Origin: Vicinamibacterales bacterium
GTDB taxonomy: Bacteria > Acidobacteriota > Vicinamibacteria > Vicinamibacterales > SCN-69-37
Length of the DNA stretch: 42,106 nucleotides
Assembly: GCA_035711465.1 (NCBI GenBank)
Contig: DASTCC010000354.1
Span: 1-42,106 of the forward strand
Direction of reading: 5' to 3'
The stretch's first letter is position 1; the number at the start of each line of letters is the position of its first letter. Position numbers and translations under genes: made by a program. Below are positions 32,124-42,106 of the stretch, piece after piece. The notes beneath the pieces were generated by a model, which was given only the letters and a program-made list of their open reading frames with translations, searched no databases and was not told the DNA's origin.

Positions 32124-32152
32124 GTCTACTCCTGTGTTCCAAAGGAGTAGAC
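32124..32152 (-). promoter_or_regulatory. Perfect 10-bp hairpin that sequesters the AGGAG Shine-Dalgarno sequence of the 34-codon ORF
   Basis: The plus strand reads GTCTACTCCT gtgttccaa AGGAGTAGAC. On the minus-strand RNA the distal arm supplies CUCCU pairing with the AGGAG 8 nt upstream of the AUG. Confidence 0.5.
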
Positions 32153-32224
32153 GCAGGCGAGCGCGAAAAGTTAGGGCCCGCCTGCCAGGTCACCGACATT
32201 TCACAGGTTGTTAACCTCGCCGGA

Positions 32225-33451
<1,227 letters not shown>

Positions 33452-33485
33452 GATCGGATCGTATTACGAACCCGCCTGCGGCGGG

Positions 33486-34325
33486 CTATTTGCGGAACGG
33501 CAGCTCGTAGGAGAAGTACAGGAACACGCCGACGTCGGACGACCCGTCGACCCAGGTCACGGGCACCGCGAAACCCCCGACGATCTGCTTGTCGCCGACG
33601 TTCCAGCCGGCGCGAAAACCTGGGGATAGCGTGTACGCGGTGTCCCGCGTCGTCCCCGAGACGTCGGCGAGCGACTCGCCGAAGAGCACGACCTGCTCGA
33701 GCATGAGATGGAACATCGGCCGCAGCCGGTAGATCGCGCTCAGCGACACGAACGGCGAGAGCAGGTTTTCGTCGTCGTCCTCACCGGCCGTCGAGTCGGG
33801 CCGTTCGGCCGCGGGCAGCCAGGTGAAGCCGGCGTTCCAGTGCAGGTAGGTGTCGTTGAACTGCTTACTGAACGGCAGGTTGATTTGCAGTCCGTACGAT
33901 CCTTCGCCGCGCCGCTCGGTGGTGTTGCCCGTCGGCAGCACCAGACTGGCCCGCGGCGAGAATGCCGGCCGGCCCGGCCCTTCGCTCAATGCCTGATACC
34001 GATAGTTGATCAACGTGTCGCCGGCGCCGAACTTGTCGATGCCGTCGAGGAACGAGATCGTGTACGAGAACTGATGCGCCTGGCTCCTGACCGGCCACTC
34101 CTGGGTGAAGGCGAACCCCCACTTGTCGGCGAGGCGCGTGATGTTGACGATGTTCTGAAAGATGCCGGGCTCCTGGTTGAACGCTTCTTCGACCAGGAAC
34201 GAATTGTCGGCGATGCCGAACGGCTCCGGGCCGGTGCGCTGGCCCGGCGCCGGCGTCTGGCCGGCGGCAGGACGTGCCGCGGCGACGAGCGCCAGCACGA
34301 TCGCGCTTGTCATCACGCGCCGCAT
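33486..34325 (-). CDS. Outer-membrane beta-barrel protein (MetA-pathway/transporter-like family)
   Basis: Start is ATG 34325 with GGAGG upstream. It has a signal peptide (MRRVMTSAIVLALVAAARPAAGQ), amphipathic beta-strand periodicity and a C-terminal FSYELPF-RK. The track ORF 33486..34958 is longer, but its upstream part looks non-coding. Confidence 0.65.
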   Translation of the reverse strand: MRRVMTSAIVLALVAAARPAAGQTPAPGQRTGPEPFGIADNSFLVEEAFNQEPGIFQNIVNITRLADKWGFAFTQEWPVRSQAHQFSYTISFLDGIDKFGAGDTLINYRYQALSEGPGRPAFSPRASLVLPTGNTTERRGEGSYGLQINLPFSKQFNDTYLHWNAGFTWLPAAERPDSTAGEDDDENLLSPFVSLSAIYRLRPMFHLMLEQVVLFGESLADVSGTTRDTAYTLSPGFRAGWNVGDKQIVGGFAVPVTWVDGSSDVGVFLYFSYELPFRK

Positions 34326-34360
34326 GCAGAACCCTCCTCTCGAGACGATGACGGCGGCCA

Positions 34361-35398
34361 TCAGCGTCCGCCGCGCTTCTTGATGTAGGCCGCGCGCACG
34401 GCGGCGAGAAAGCGCTCGTCGACGAGTCCCCGTGGCGTGCCCTGGTAGTTGAGTCCGTTGTCGGCGCGGAACTGGTCGACGGCGGCAATGGCCTCCTCGT
34501 CGTACAGCATCAGGTCGTTGCCCTCGGGAAAGGCCGGCAGCGCCGGCCGCCAGTAGCCGAGCGCGTGCAGCCAGCGTTTCAGCTCGAGCACGTCGGCGCC
34601 TTCGATCCGCGAGAAGCTTCGATACCCTGGACGCCGCGCGGTCGTGTAGTAGATCCGCTTCATCTCGGCGACCGGTTCCGGGTGCTCGCCGACTTCGATC
34701 GCGAGCGCGATGTAGTCGCCGCCGCGTCCGGGGTTCTTCGGATCGGCGATCTTGATCGCCGCCGATTGCAGGTTGCCCCAGCGCCGATCGCCGCCTTTGG
34801 CCTGACCGGCTTCGATCGCGAGGATCATGCGCTCGGCCAGCGGCCAGCCGGTGTTCGCGGTCGCTTCGAAGCTCGCGGCCACCGCCTCGATCACCTCGGG
34901 ACCGACCATGATGTTCGCCTGGACCGTGTAGTTCACGCCCTGCGTGCTGCCGGCCCAATTGCCGTTCTGCTTGCCGGTATGGGCGGCCGTGCGGCCGCTC
35001 ATGTCGATCAGGCCGACCTGGCGCGATTCGCGCTGCGCGTCGCTCGCCAGCAGCTGCGAGAGCGCATCAGCGGGTGCGACGCCTTTCGCCATCAGGTCCA
35101 GCCCGCGCGGACCGAACTCGACCATCGTCGAGGCCTGCGTGCACACCGCGCCAACGCCAGCACGGACGTGCGGGACGGCGCGGCCGACGAAGGGCACGCG
35201 CGTCGTGACCGCGGCGCCGGACTGTCCCGTCGCCGGATCGATCGCGCACAACGAGAAGGTCGAATACTGCGGCCGTCCGTCGGCGTCGAGCGGCACGCCA
35301 TCCGCGGCGATCGACTGCGCGTCAGCCGCGGTCGCTGCCACTGCGAACAATAGACAGAACAGCGCCACACGGCGGCTCATTGGCATCCGCGGCCTCAT
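34361..35398 (-). CDS. Exported DUF1028 (Ntn-hydrolase-fold) protein with a C-terminal peptidoglycan-binding (PG_binding_1-like) domain
   Basis: It has a signal peptide. The DUF1028 core is STFSLCAIDPATGQSGAAVTTRVPFVGRAVPHVRAGVGAVCTQA...GDRRWGNLQSAAI. The C-terminus is VLELKRWLHALGYW...YDEEAIAAVDQFRADNGL. Its first ATG overlaps the cyanophycinase stop (ATGA at 35395-35398). Alternative ATGs are at 35386 and 35380. Confidence 0.8.
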   Translation of the reverse strand: MRPRMPMSRRVALFCLLFAVAATAADAQSIAADGVPLDADGRPQYSTFSLCAIDPATGQSGAAVTTRVPFVGRAVPHVRAGVGAVCTQASTMVEFGPRGLDLMAKGVAPADALSQLLASDAQRESRQVGLIDMSGRTAAHTGKQNGNWAGSTQGVNYTVQANIMVGPEVIEAVAASFEATANTGWPLAERMILAIEAGQAKGGDRRWGNLQSAAIKIADPKNPGRGGDYIALAIEVGEHPEPVAEMKRIYYTTARRPGYRSFSRIEGADVLELKRWLHALGYWRPALPAFPEGNDLMLYDEEAIAAVDQFRADNGLNYQGTPRGLVDERFLAAVRAAYIKKRGGR

Positions 35399-36216
35399 CG
35401 CTGCAGCGAGTAAGTCATGCCCGCGCGCAGCACGGACAGCTTCAAGCCCTGACCGGCGCTGACCTGGCCGGCCTCGATCTTCTCCGGCGCGGCGCCGCGC
35501 GGGTCGATCACCACGACGGCGCTGCGGCCGATCACCTCGATCGCCTCGCCGCGCACGACGACCGCCGTCGCCTCGTCGATGCCGATGCCGACGAGCGCGG
35601 GACGATCCAGCACCGCGCTCAGCAGCCGGTTGATGCGCTGTCTTCTGAGAAAGTGCTGATCGACGATGACGCCCGGCCAGAGGCCGAGACCCTTGGCGAG
35701 CGTCGTCTTGCCCGCGGTGAGCGACTGCAGGTCGGCGTCGCCGGTGATCATCGCCTCCGACAGCACGGCCGCGCCGGCGCTGGTGCCGCCGACGACGGCG
35801 CCGGCGCGGTGCCGCGCTCTAATCACGTCGTCGAGACCGGTGCCGGCGATGGCTTTCATGAATCGATTCTGATCGCCGCCCGGCATCCAGATCAGCGTCG
35901 CGCGCTCGAGCGCGGCCGCCGCCTCGTCGCGCGGCTCGAAGCGCACGATCGCCGCGCTCTTCGCGCCGGCGTCGAGCCACATCTTCACCGAGCTCTCGCC
36001 GGCATTGGCGACCGCGGAGGACTGCGGCAGGACCGCGACGACGGCGTTCGATCCGCCGGCCATCGTCAGCGTCGTCTTGACGATGTCGTCGGTGGTGCCG
36101 CCGCCGCCAACGACCACGAGCGGCCCGGGTCCGGATTGGATGGCGATGATCGTCCTGCCGGCGACCGCGAAGAGAAGGGCCGCGAGGGCGGCGGCGTGGA
36201 TTCGTCTGGCGGGCAT
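35395..36216 (-). CDS. Exported cyanophycinase (peptidase S51, CphE-like)
   Basis: Start set at ATG 36216 (MPARRIHAAALAALLFAVAG signal). Motifs are VVVGGGG, MPGGDQNRF, GGTSAGAAVL (the Ser nucleophile), VDQHFLRRQRINRL (His) and GIGIDEATA (Glu). Confidence 0.85.
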   Translation of the reverse strand: MPARRIHAAALAALLFAVAGRTIIAIQSGPGPLVVVGGGGTTDDIVKTTLTMAGGSNAVVAVLPQSSAVANAGESSVKMWLDAGAKSAAIVRFEPRDEAAAALERATLIWMPGGDQNRFMKAIAGTGLDDVIRARHRAGAVVGGTSAGAAVLSEAMITGDADLQSLTAGKTTLAKGLGLWPGVIVDQHFLRRQRINRLLSAVLDRPALVGIGIDEATAVVVRGEAIEVIGRSAVVVIDPRGAAPEKIEAGQVSAGQGLKLSVLRAGMTYSLQR

Positions 36217-36342
36217 GGTCCCGCATTCTGCCATAGCGCCGTGGCGCCGCTGCTCGGTGTCGAGGCAATGAGATCGGTCTCGACAGCAAAACCGGCGAAC
36301 CAACGGCGGGGCTCGCACGTCTAACTCACCTTAGAATCTCAG

Positions 36343-37476
36343 GTGAGGGACTTCACTATGACGATGCGTGTCGTTGCGCTCGGTGTGATCGCGTTGCTAC
36401 CGGTGTCGGGGGCCGAACCGCCGCCGCGGGCGCCGGCGGAACTGCCGCTTCGCGTCGAAGGCGCGCTCGGCCACATCACCGGCGCGTACGAGCTGCCCGA
36501 TGGCCGTGTGCTGCTGACGGACGAGAAACGTCCGGCGGTCTCGGTCCTCGATCCCAAGACCGGTCAGGCGTCGGTCGTGGGCTCTGCGGGGGTCGGTCCC
36601 GGCCAGTACGTCAGGCCTGGCGGCATCTACGGCGGCGGTGCACGCGAGATTCTCGTGCTCGATCGCGCGCAGACCAGCGTCCACGTCTTCTCGACGACCG
36701 GCGCGTACGTCCGCACCTATTCGATCGCCGTCGCCGGCGTGACCAGTTCCTCGGACGGCGTCGACCTGCAGCGCCTCGACGGCCGCGGCCATTCGTACTT
36801 CACGGAGCGTTCCGGGCGGCTCGAGTCCCGGCTGACGGGCGGGCCGCCGGCGCCGGCCCAGGTGATTCGGTTCGATCCGGTGAAGCAACAGCGCACCGTC
36901 GTCACCGACCTTCGACAGCCCGACACGAAGACGGTGCCCGGCGGCGACGGCATGGTCTTCTCGCGCGCGGTGGTCGGATCGCCGGCCGACGGCTTCGGGG
37001 TCGCGCCGGACGGACGCGTCGCCGCCGTGCGCGCCGAACCGTATCGCGTCGAGTGGGTCGCCGTCGATGGCAAGGTCACGACGGGACCGGCGATCGCGGT
37101 CGACACGCTGCCGATGACCGACGCCGACAAAGCCGAGTACAAGGCTAAATACGGTGGTGCCGGCGGCGCCACCGCCGTCGGTGTCGGCAGCACGTCCGGC
37201 CGCGGCGGCCTGTCGGGGCTCGAGCCGACCTTTGCCGCCACCAAGGCTCCGTTTTCGCCCGCCGACGTGATCGTCTCGCCGAATGCCCACGTGTGGGTGC
37301 TGCGCACCCGGCCGGCTGGCGCGACCACGGCCATCTACGACGTCTTCGACGCCAGCGGCCGCCGCGTCGATCGTCTCGAGTTCCCGGCCGGCAGCCGCGT
37401 CGCCGGCTTCGGCGCAAACACCGTATACATCACCGACGAGGCTCGATCCATGCTCAAGAAATACAAGGTGCGCTGA
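36343..37476 (+). CDS. Exported hypothetical protein, beta-propeller-like (NHL-like repeats)
   Basis: It has a signal peptide (MRVVALGVIALLPVSGAEP) and repeated motifs of the type LPDGRVLLTD / ILVLDRAQTSVHVFSTTG / VYITDE. The start is ambiguous (GTG 36343, ATG 36358 or ATG 36364). TAGAAT lies at 36332-36337. Confidence 0.55.
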   Translation: MRDFTMTMRVVALGVIALLPVSGAEPPPRAPAELPLRVEGALGHITGAYELPDGRVLLTDEKRPAVSVLDPKTGQASVVGSAGVGPGQYVRPGGIYGGGAREILVLDRAQTSVHVFSTTGAYVRTYSIAVAGVTSSSDGVDLQRLDGRGHSYFTERSGRLESRLTGGPPAPAQVIRFDPVKQQRTVVTDLRQPDTKTVPGGDGMVFSRAVVGSPADGFGVAPDGRVAAVRAEPYRVEWVAVDGKVTTGPAIAVDTLPMTDADKAEYKAKYGGAGGATAVGVGSTSGRGGLSGLEPTFAATKAPFSPADVIVSPNAHVWVLRTRPAGATTAIYDVFDASGRRVDRLEFPAGSRVAGFGANTVYITDEARSMLKKYKVR

Positions 37477-37478
37477 CC

Positions 37479-37823
37479 ATGGCGAGCCGTGACAAACTGC
37501 CGATTCTGCGCGGTACGCTCGACGTGCTGATCCTTCGCTCGATCGCGAGCAAGCCGCTCCATGGGTTCGAGATCAGCCTCTGGCTGGAACAGGGTTCGGA
37601 CGGCACGCTCGATCTCGATGACAGCGCGCTCTATCAGGCGCTGCACCGGCTCGAGGCGCGCCGGTTGATCCAGGGCGAATGGGGCACCACCGAGAACAAC
37701 CGGCGGGCGCGGTACTACCGCCTGACGCCGGCTGGGCGGTCGCATCTCGACGACGAAAGCCGGCGGCTGGTGTCGTTCGCCAGGACGCTGACCTCGCTCC
37801 TGTCGCCTTCGCGAGGCAAGTAG
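37479..37823 (+). CDS. PadR-family transcriptional regulator
   Basis: In-frame ATG 37479 lies in track ORF 37293..37823, 2 nt after the upstream stop. The sequence is LRGTLDVLILRSIASKPLHGFEISLWL...SALYQALHRLEARRLIQGEW...RRARYYRLTPAGRSHL. Confidence 0.9.
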   Translation: MASRDKLPILRGTLDVLILRSIASKPLHGFEISLWLEQGSDGTLDLDDSALYQALHRLEARRLIQGEWGTTENNRRARYYRLTPAGRSHLDDESRRLVSFARTLTSLLSPSRGK

Positions 37824-37825
37824 CC

Positions 37826-40450
37826 ATGACGCGACTGCCGCCCGACCGTCACCGCGAGATCGACGAGGAGATCGAAGCGCATCTGGTGGCGCGCATCGAT
37901 CACCTCGTCGCGCAGGGGATGTCGCCCGAGGCGGCACGCGAGGAGGCGGCGCGCCGCTTCGGCGATCTCGACGCCGGCCGCGCCGCGCTGCACCGGCTGG
38001 CGATCGACGAGCGGCGCCGGCTCGATCTGCGCGAGCGGCTCTCGAGCGTGGCGCAGGACGTGCGCTACGTCGGTCGCAGCCTGCTCCAGCATCCGGCGTT
38101 CGCGCTCGGCGTGATCGCCACGTTCGCGCTCGGTCTCGGGATCAACACCGCGGTCTTCCGGGTCGCCGATCGCGTGCTCTTCCGGCCGCCCGCCGGCGTC
38201 GCCGACGCGCACGAGCTGCGCCGGCTCGAAACGACGGTGCAGTTCGGCAGCAGCGAGCCGATGCGGGCGACGGTGTTCTCGTATCCCGATGCCGCCGCGG
38301 CCATCGGCGCGGCCGCGTTCACGCAGGTCTCGGCGAGCAGCGCGCCGCGATCGATGCCGCTGCCGAACGGGCGCGAGGCCTGGGTCAGCGCCGTCGACGC
38401 CGCGTTCTTTCCGATGCTCGGGACGGGGATCGCCGCCGGCCGCGGCTTCGATGCAACCGAGGGCGAGCCCGGCTCCGGGCGCGCTGTCTGTGTCGTGTCG
38501 CACGCGTTCTGGACGCGCGAGCTCGGATCGCGGCCGCTCGCCGACCTCTCAGCGACGATCGGGACGCTGACCTATGCGGTCATCGGCATCACCGCGCCGG
38601 GATTCACGGGCATCGATCTCGATCCGACCGACGTCTGGATACCGTTCGGCATCGCCGCGCTCGGACGCGGGGAGGTCAACGGCGTCGAGATTCCCTGGTA
38701 TCGCCTCGACAATCTGCGGAGTCTTCGTGTCATCGGCCGGCTGCCGTCGCCCGGCGCCGCGCCGGCGGCGACCGAGCGCGTCGGCGCGGCGCTGGCGGCG
38801 CGCGATGCCTCGGAATCCCGGCCGGAACGGCAGGCCGAGCTGATCCCGATCGTGCCGGCCGGCGGCGCCGCGGTGAACCAACAGTCGCAGCGCATCCTCG
38901 GACGGCTGACGATCGTCGCCGCGATCGTGCTCGTCATCGCCAGCGCCAACGCGATGCACCTGCTGCTCGCGCGCGGCTTGCGGCGGCAGCGCGAGATCGC
39001 GACCCGTCTGGCCGTCGGCGCGAGCCGGGCGCGGATCGCGCGTCTCCTCCTCGTCGAGAGCCTCGTCCTTGCCGCCGCCGGCGCGGGCGCCGCGGCGCTC
39101 TTCGGCGCCTGGACGTCCGACGCCTTGCAGCGTCTCATCTTTCCTGATGGGCGATGGACGACGGCGTGGCTCGACGCGCGCACCTCAATCTTCACGGCCG
39201 TCCTCGCGCTCGCGGCGGGCGTCGCCGCCGGCCTCGTGCCGGCCTGGCAGTCGACCGCGTCCGATGTCGTGAGCGCACTGAAGGCGGGCCGGCTTCAGAG
39301 CAACCGGCGCGCCCGCCGCACCCGCAGCGGTCTGCTGATCGCGCAGACGGCGATGTCGCTCGCGCTCCTCGCCGCGTCGGGGCTGCTCGTCCGCAGTCTG
39401 CTTCAGCTCAACGCGGTCGAGCTGGGCTTCGACTCGCGCGGCCTCGTCATGGCGACGGTCGGTGACGCCGTCAACCTGCGCGGCGACGGCCGCGACGCGA
39501 GGGCGCTGGCCGAGCGGCTGCGCGCCGGCGAGCAGATCGGCGAGGTGGCGCTCACCTCGTCCGCGCCGTTCGGCGCGCAGTCGCGGACGAGCATGTCGGT
39601 GCCGGGCAGTTCGTACCAGCCCGATTCGCAGCTCGATGCGCCGATGACCATGGCGGTCAGTCCCGAGTTCTTCCAGGTGATGCGAACGCCGGTCCTCGAA
39701 GGCCGGACGTTCTCGCCCGCCGACGGCGCGGAGCCGGTCGTCGTCGTCAACGCGTCGATGGCGCGCAACTACTGGGGGCCGTCGCTGCCGCCGGGCGCCT
39801 GCGTCCTGGTCCATGGCAAGCCCTGCGCCCGCGTGATCGGCGTCGTCGCCGATTTCAAGGAGGCGCCCGGCGACAAAGCGCCGATGCGGTTCTTCGTGCC
39901 GCTCGAATCCGGGTGGAACGCGCCGAGGGTCGTGCTCGCCCGCGTCGACGCTGCGGCAGCGCCGGCGCTGGTGGCCCGCATCAAGGCACTGCTGCCGCCG
40001 ACGCCGCGCCCGAGCATCGAGGTGGTGAGCGATCGGCTGGCGCGCGCGCTGCGTCCATGGCGGACTTCGACGCAGCTCTTCGTCGCGCTCGGCGCGGTCG
40101 CGCTGGCGCTCGCGTGCATCGGCATCTACAGCGTGATGAGTTACGGCGCGTCCGAGCGCGTGCAGGAGGTCGGCGTCCGCATCGCGCTCGGCGCCACGGC
40201 ATCCGACGTCCGCCGCCTGCTCGTCGGCGAAGGGCTGCGGCTGACGCTCGTCGGCGCCGTCCTCGGTCTCGGGGCGGCGGTCGTGGTTGGCCGGCTGCTC
40301 GAGTCGCTGCTCTTCGCGGTCTCGCCGTTCGATCCGTGGGCCTACGCGCTGGCGCTCGTCGCGATGCTGGTCGCGGCGCTGACGGCGATGCTGCCGCCGT
40401 CGCTCCGAGCCTCGCGCACCGACGCGGTGGTCGCGCTGCGGCAGGAATGA
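37826..40450 (+). CDS. Duplicated FtsX/MacB-type permease without an adjacent ATPase (acidobacterial duplicated orphan permease type)
   Basis: In-frame ATG 37826 lies 2 nt after the padR stop. The N-terminus [47 protein letters not shown] is typical of this family. It contains two MacB-like periplasmic domains, each followed by FtsX-type TM bundles ([16 protein letters not shown] and [15 protein letters not shown]). Confidence 0.9.
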   Translation: MTRLPPDRHREIDEEIEAHLVARIDHLVAQGMSPEAAREEAARRFGDLDAGRAALHRLAIDERRRLDLRERLSSVAQDVRYVGRSLLQHPAFALGVIATFALGLGINTAVFRVADRVLFRPPAGVADAHELRRLETTVQFGSSEPMRATVFSYPDAAAAIGAAAFTQVSASSAPRSMPLPNGREAWVSAVDAAFFPMLGTGIAAGRGFDATEGEPGSGRAVCVVSHAFWTRELGSRPLADLSATIGTLTYAVIGITAPGFTGIDLDPTDVWIPFGIAALGRGEVNGVEIPWYRLDNLRSLRVIGRLPSPGAAPAATERVGAALAARDASESRPERQAELIPIVPAGGAAVNQQSQRILGRLTIVAAIVLVIASANAMHLLLARGLRRQREIATRLAVGASRARIARLLLVESLVLAAAGAGAAALFGAWTSDALQRLIFPDGRWTTAWLDARTSIFTAVLALAAGVAAGLVPAWQSTASDVVSALKAGRLQSNRRARRTRSGLLIAQTAMSLALLAASGLLVRSLLQLNAVELGFDSRGLVMATVGDAVNLRGDGRDARALAERLRAGEQIGEVALTSSAPFGAQSRTSMSVPGSSYQPDSQLDAPMTMAVSPEFFQVMRTPVLEGRTFSPADGAEPVVVVNASMARNYWGPSLPPGACVLVHGKPCARVIGVVADFKEAPGDKAPMRFFVPLESGWNAPRVVLARVDAAAAPALVARIKALLPPTPRPSIEVVSDRLARALRPWRTSTQLFVALGAVALALACIGIYSVMSYGASERVQEVGVRIALGATASDVRRLLVGEGLRLTLVGAVLGLGAAVVVGRLLESLLFAVSPFDPWAYALALVAMLVAALTAMLPPSLRASRTDAVVALRQE

Positions 40451-40470
40451 TCAGGAGGCTCGGAGGGTTG

Positions 40471-40527
40471 GGGCTTGGAGGCTTGCGGTTCTGAGCTTCA
40501 CGGCTCGAACCTCGAGCCTTCAAGCCC
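40471..40527 (+). terminator. Hairpin with a 13-bp stem (one G-U): GGGCTTGGAGGCT / AGCCTTCAAGCCC, followed by a second GCCTTCAAGCC copy
   Basis: 40471-40483 pairs with 40515-40527, with a 31-nt loop containing an inner GGTTC/GAACC pair. A second word copy lies at 40530-40540. It sits between the co-directional permease and GH51 genes. Confidence 0.5.
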
Positions 40528-40553
40528 AGGCCTTCAAGCCTTATCATCCCGCC

Positions 40554-42106
40554 ATGCGAACTCTGCTGGCGCTTGCCTTAGCCCTGCTGCTCGTCTGCCT
40601 GCCCGCCGCGCCTCGCGCGACAGGCGTGGCGCAGGCGCCAGCCCTCGTCCCGGCGCGGATCAAGATCGACGTCGATCGGCAGATCGGCGTGGTCGATCCG
40701 CTGCTCTTCGGCAGCTTCACCGAGCACCTCGGGCGGATGATCTACGGCGGCATCTACGAAGAGGGCAGTCCGCTCTCCGACGCCGACGGATTCCGCATCG
40801 ACGTCATGCAGGCGGTGAAGGATCTCGGCATCACCATCCTGCGCTGGCCCGGCGGCAATTTCGCGTCGAGCTACAACTGGTTCGACGGCATCGGGCCCAA
40901 GGATCGCCGTCCGGCGCGGCTGGATCTGGCGTGGAACGATCTCGAGTCCAACCGCTTTGGCACCGACGAGTTCCTCAGGTACAGCGAGCGCGTCGGCGCC
41001 GAGCCCTACATCTGCATCAATCTCGGTCTGGGCACGATCGACGACGCGCGTTTCTGGGTGGAGTACACGAACAGCAAGCAGCGGACGCATTGGGCCGATG
41101 AACGCCGCCGCAACGGGCGTGAAGCGCCGTGGAGCGTCAAGTACTGGGCGCTCGGCAACGAGATCGACGGCCCATGGCAGATGGGCCACAAGAACGCCGA
41201 GGACTACGCGAAGATGGCGCTCGAGGCCGGCAAGGCGATGCGCGCCGTCGATCCGACGATCAAGCTGATCGCCAACGGCGCCAGCAACTACGGCGCCGAC
41301 TGGGTGGCGTGGAACCGCACCGTGCTGCAGGTGCTGCGCAACCAGGTCGACTACATCGCGCTGCACACCTACATCAACAACAGCGCCAACGACTTCGAAC
41401 GCTATCTCGGCACCGCGCAGCAGAACGTCGATCGCTACATCGCGACGACGGCCGCGCAGATCAAGGAAGTGCAGACCGGCGCCAACCCGCGTCCGATCTA
41501 CATCGCCTACGACGAGTGGAACGTCTGGTACCGCACCGGCAACGCCCAGAAGCTCGAGGAGATCTACACCTTCGAAGACGCGGTGGCGATGGGCGGCTTC
41601 TTCAACTCGTTCTTCCGCCGCGCCGACATCGTCAAGATGGCGAACATCGCCCAGCTCGTGAACGTCATCGCGCCGATCATGGCCAACAGGGACGGCCTGT
41701 TCCTGCAGCCGATCTACTTTCCCATCGTCGAGTACGGCCGTCAGCGCAACAACGTCGCCGTCGACGCCTTCGTCAGCGCCCCGACCTACAAGCTGCCGAA
41801 CCGGCCGGTCGAGCCGATGTACCTCGACGTCTCGAGCACCTGGAACCCGACGACGCGCGAGGTGTTCGTCAACGTCGTCAACCGCAGCAAGGACAAGGAC
41901 CTCGTCACTGCGATCACGATCCAGGATCGAACGCCGTCCGGCACCGTCAGGGTCTGGCAGATGAACCATCCCGATCTCAAAGCGACGCACACCTACGGCG
42001 ACGACAAGAAGGTGCGTCCGGCGACGTCGACCGCCGACGTCGCGGTCACCGGGAACACCGTTACCTACACGTTCCCGGCGCATTCGCTGACGATCCTGAA
42101 GATCGG
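40554..42106 (+). CDS. Alpha-L-arabinofuranosidase, GH51 family (3' end runs off the window)
   Basis: It is absent from the ORF track because it has no stop in the window, so it was hand-translated from ATG 40554. The sequence is [20 protein letters not shown] (signal)...[22 protein letters not shown]...[20 protein letters not shown]...[15 protein letters not shown]...[11 protein letters not shown].... The window ends at ...[11 protein letters not shown]. Confidence 0.9.
   Translation, partial: MRTLLALALALLLVCLPAAPRATGVAQAPALVPARIKIDVDRQIGVVDPLLFGSFTEHLGRMIYGGIYEEGSPLSDADGFRIDVMQAVKDLGITILRWPGGNFASSYNWFDGIGPKDRRPARLDLAWNDLESNRFGTDEFLRYSERVGAEPYICINLGLGTIDDARFWVEYTNSKQRTHWADERRRNGREAPWSVKYWALGNEIDGPWQMGHKNAEDYAKMALEAGKAMRAVDPTIKLIANGASNYGADWVAWNRTVLQVLRNQVDYIALHTYINNSANDFERYLGTAQQNVDRYIATTAAQIKEVQTGANPRPIYIAYDEWNVWYRTGNAQKLEEIYTFEDAVAMGGFFNSFFRRADIVKMANIAQLVNVIAPIMANRDGLFLQPIYFPIVEYGRQRNNVAVDAFVSAPTYKLPNRPVEPMYLDVSSTWNPTTREVFVNVVNRSKDKDLVTAITIQDRTPSGTVRVWQMNHPDLKATHTYGDDKKVRPATSTADVAVTGNTVTYTFPAHSLTILKI

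Noticed and set aside
36325-36347. Hairpin CTCACC-ttagaatctc-AGGTGAG with a TAGAAT box in its loop upstream of the beta-propeller/padR/permease operon
   Set aside because: The stem is only 6-7 bp in a divergent promoter region. It is plausibly an operator or just chance. There is not enough evidence to claim a regulatory function.

Overview
This is a very GC-rich bacterial chromosomal window (judged by eye, not computed). I support about 43 protein-coding genes and found no rRNA, tRNA, CRISPR array, transposase or integrase. All family calls come from reading motifs in the supplied translations, because no searches could be run. The gene content suggests Acidobacteriota, but that is an inference. 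It rests on two PadR regulators, one followed by a duplicated FtsX/MacB-type orphan permease, plus an HTH-TolB-like propeller protein, many exported lipoproteins and an ECF sigma/anti-sigma pair. Many long ORFs in the track are antisense shadow ORFs of the real genes and were discarded. Main points, in window order: (1) A minimal chemosensory-like module has cheB and a CheA that stops right after the ATPase domain, with no P2 and no P5/CheW-like domain. The two genes flank a gene that fuses a tandem-motif MshEN (c-di-GMP receptor type) domain to a complete Xre/DUF2384 type II antitoxin unit, and no toxin gene is nearby. This is the best candidate for something undescribed. (2) Intergenic spacers are built from short duplicated words that fold into long hairpins. 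These include a 198-bp palindrome with 29-bp perfect arms, a GCCTTCAAGCC word family at three loci, and a 7-bp (GCAGCCC)n repeat that is a G3N4 G-quadruplex motif on the minus strand. (3) A co-directional cluster encodes an exported cyanophycinase translationally coupled to an exported DUF1028 Ntn-hydrolase-like protein with a peptidoglycan-binding domain, then an outer-membrane barrel and a PQQ sugar dehydrogenase. After these comes an unannotated 34-codon hydrophobic ORF whose Shine-Dalgarno sequence lies inside a perfect 10-bp hairpin. (4) A 5'-nucleotidase ORF has no stop for about 650 nt beyond the end of its homology and runs antisense through a bactofilin gene. (5) A 1214-aa protein fuses a TLC/Npt-like permease, HEAT repeats and two cNMP-binding domains, and sits 20 nt (14 nt to the first in-frame ATG) upstream of an exported PI3K/PI4K-like kinase-fold protein. 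(6) There is a 5'-truncated type-B carboxylesterase remnant. (7) Several genes have a TAnAAT-like box 5-9 nt upstream of the start codon, suggesting leaderless mRNAs.
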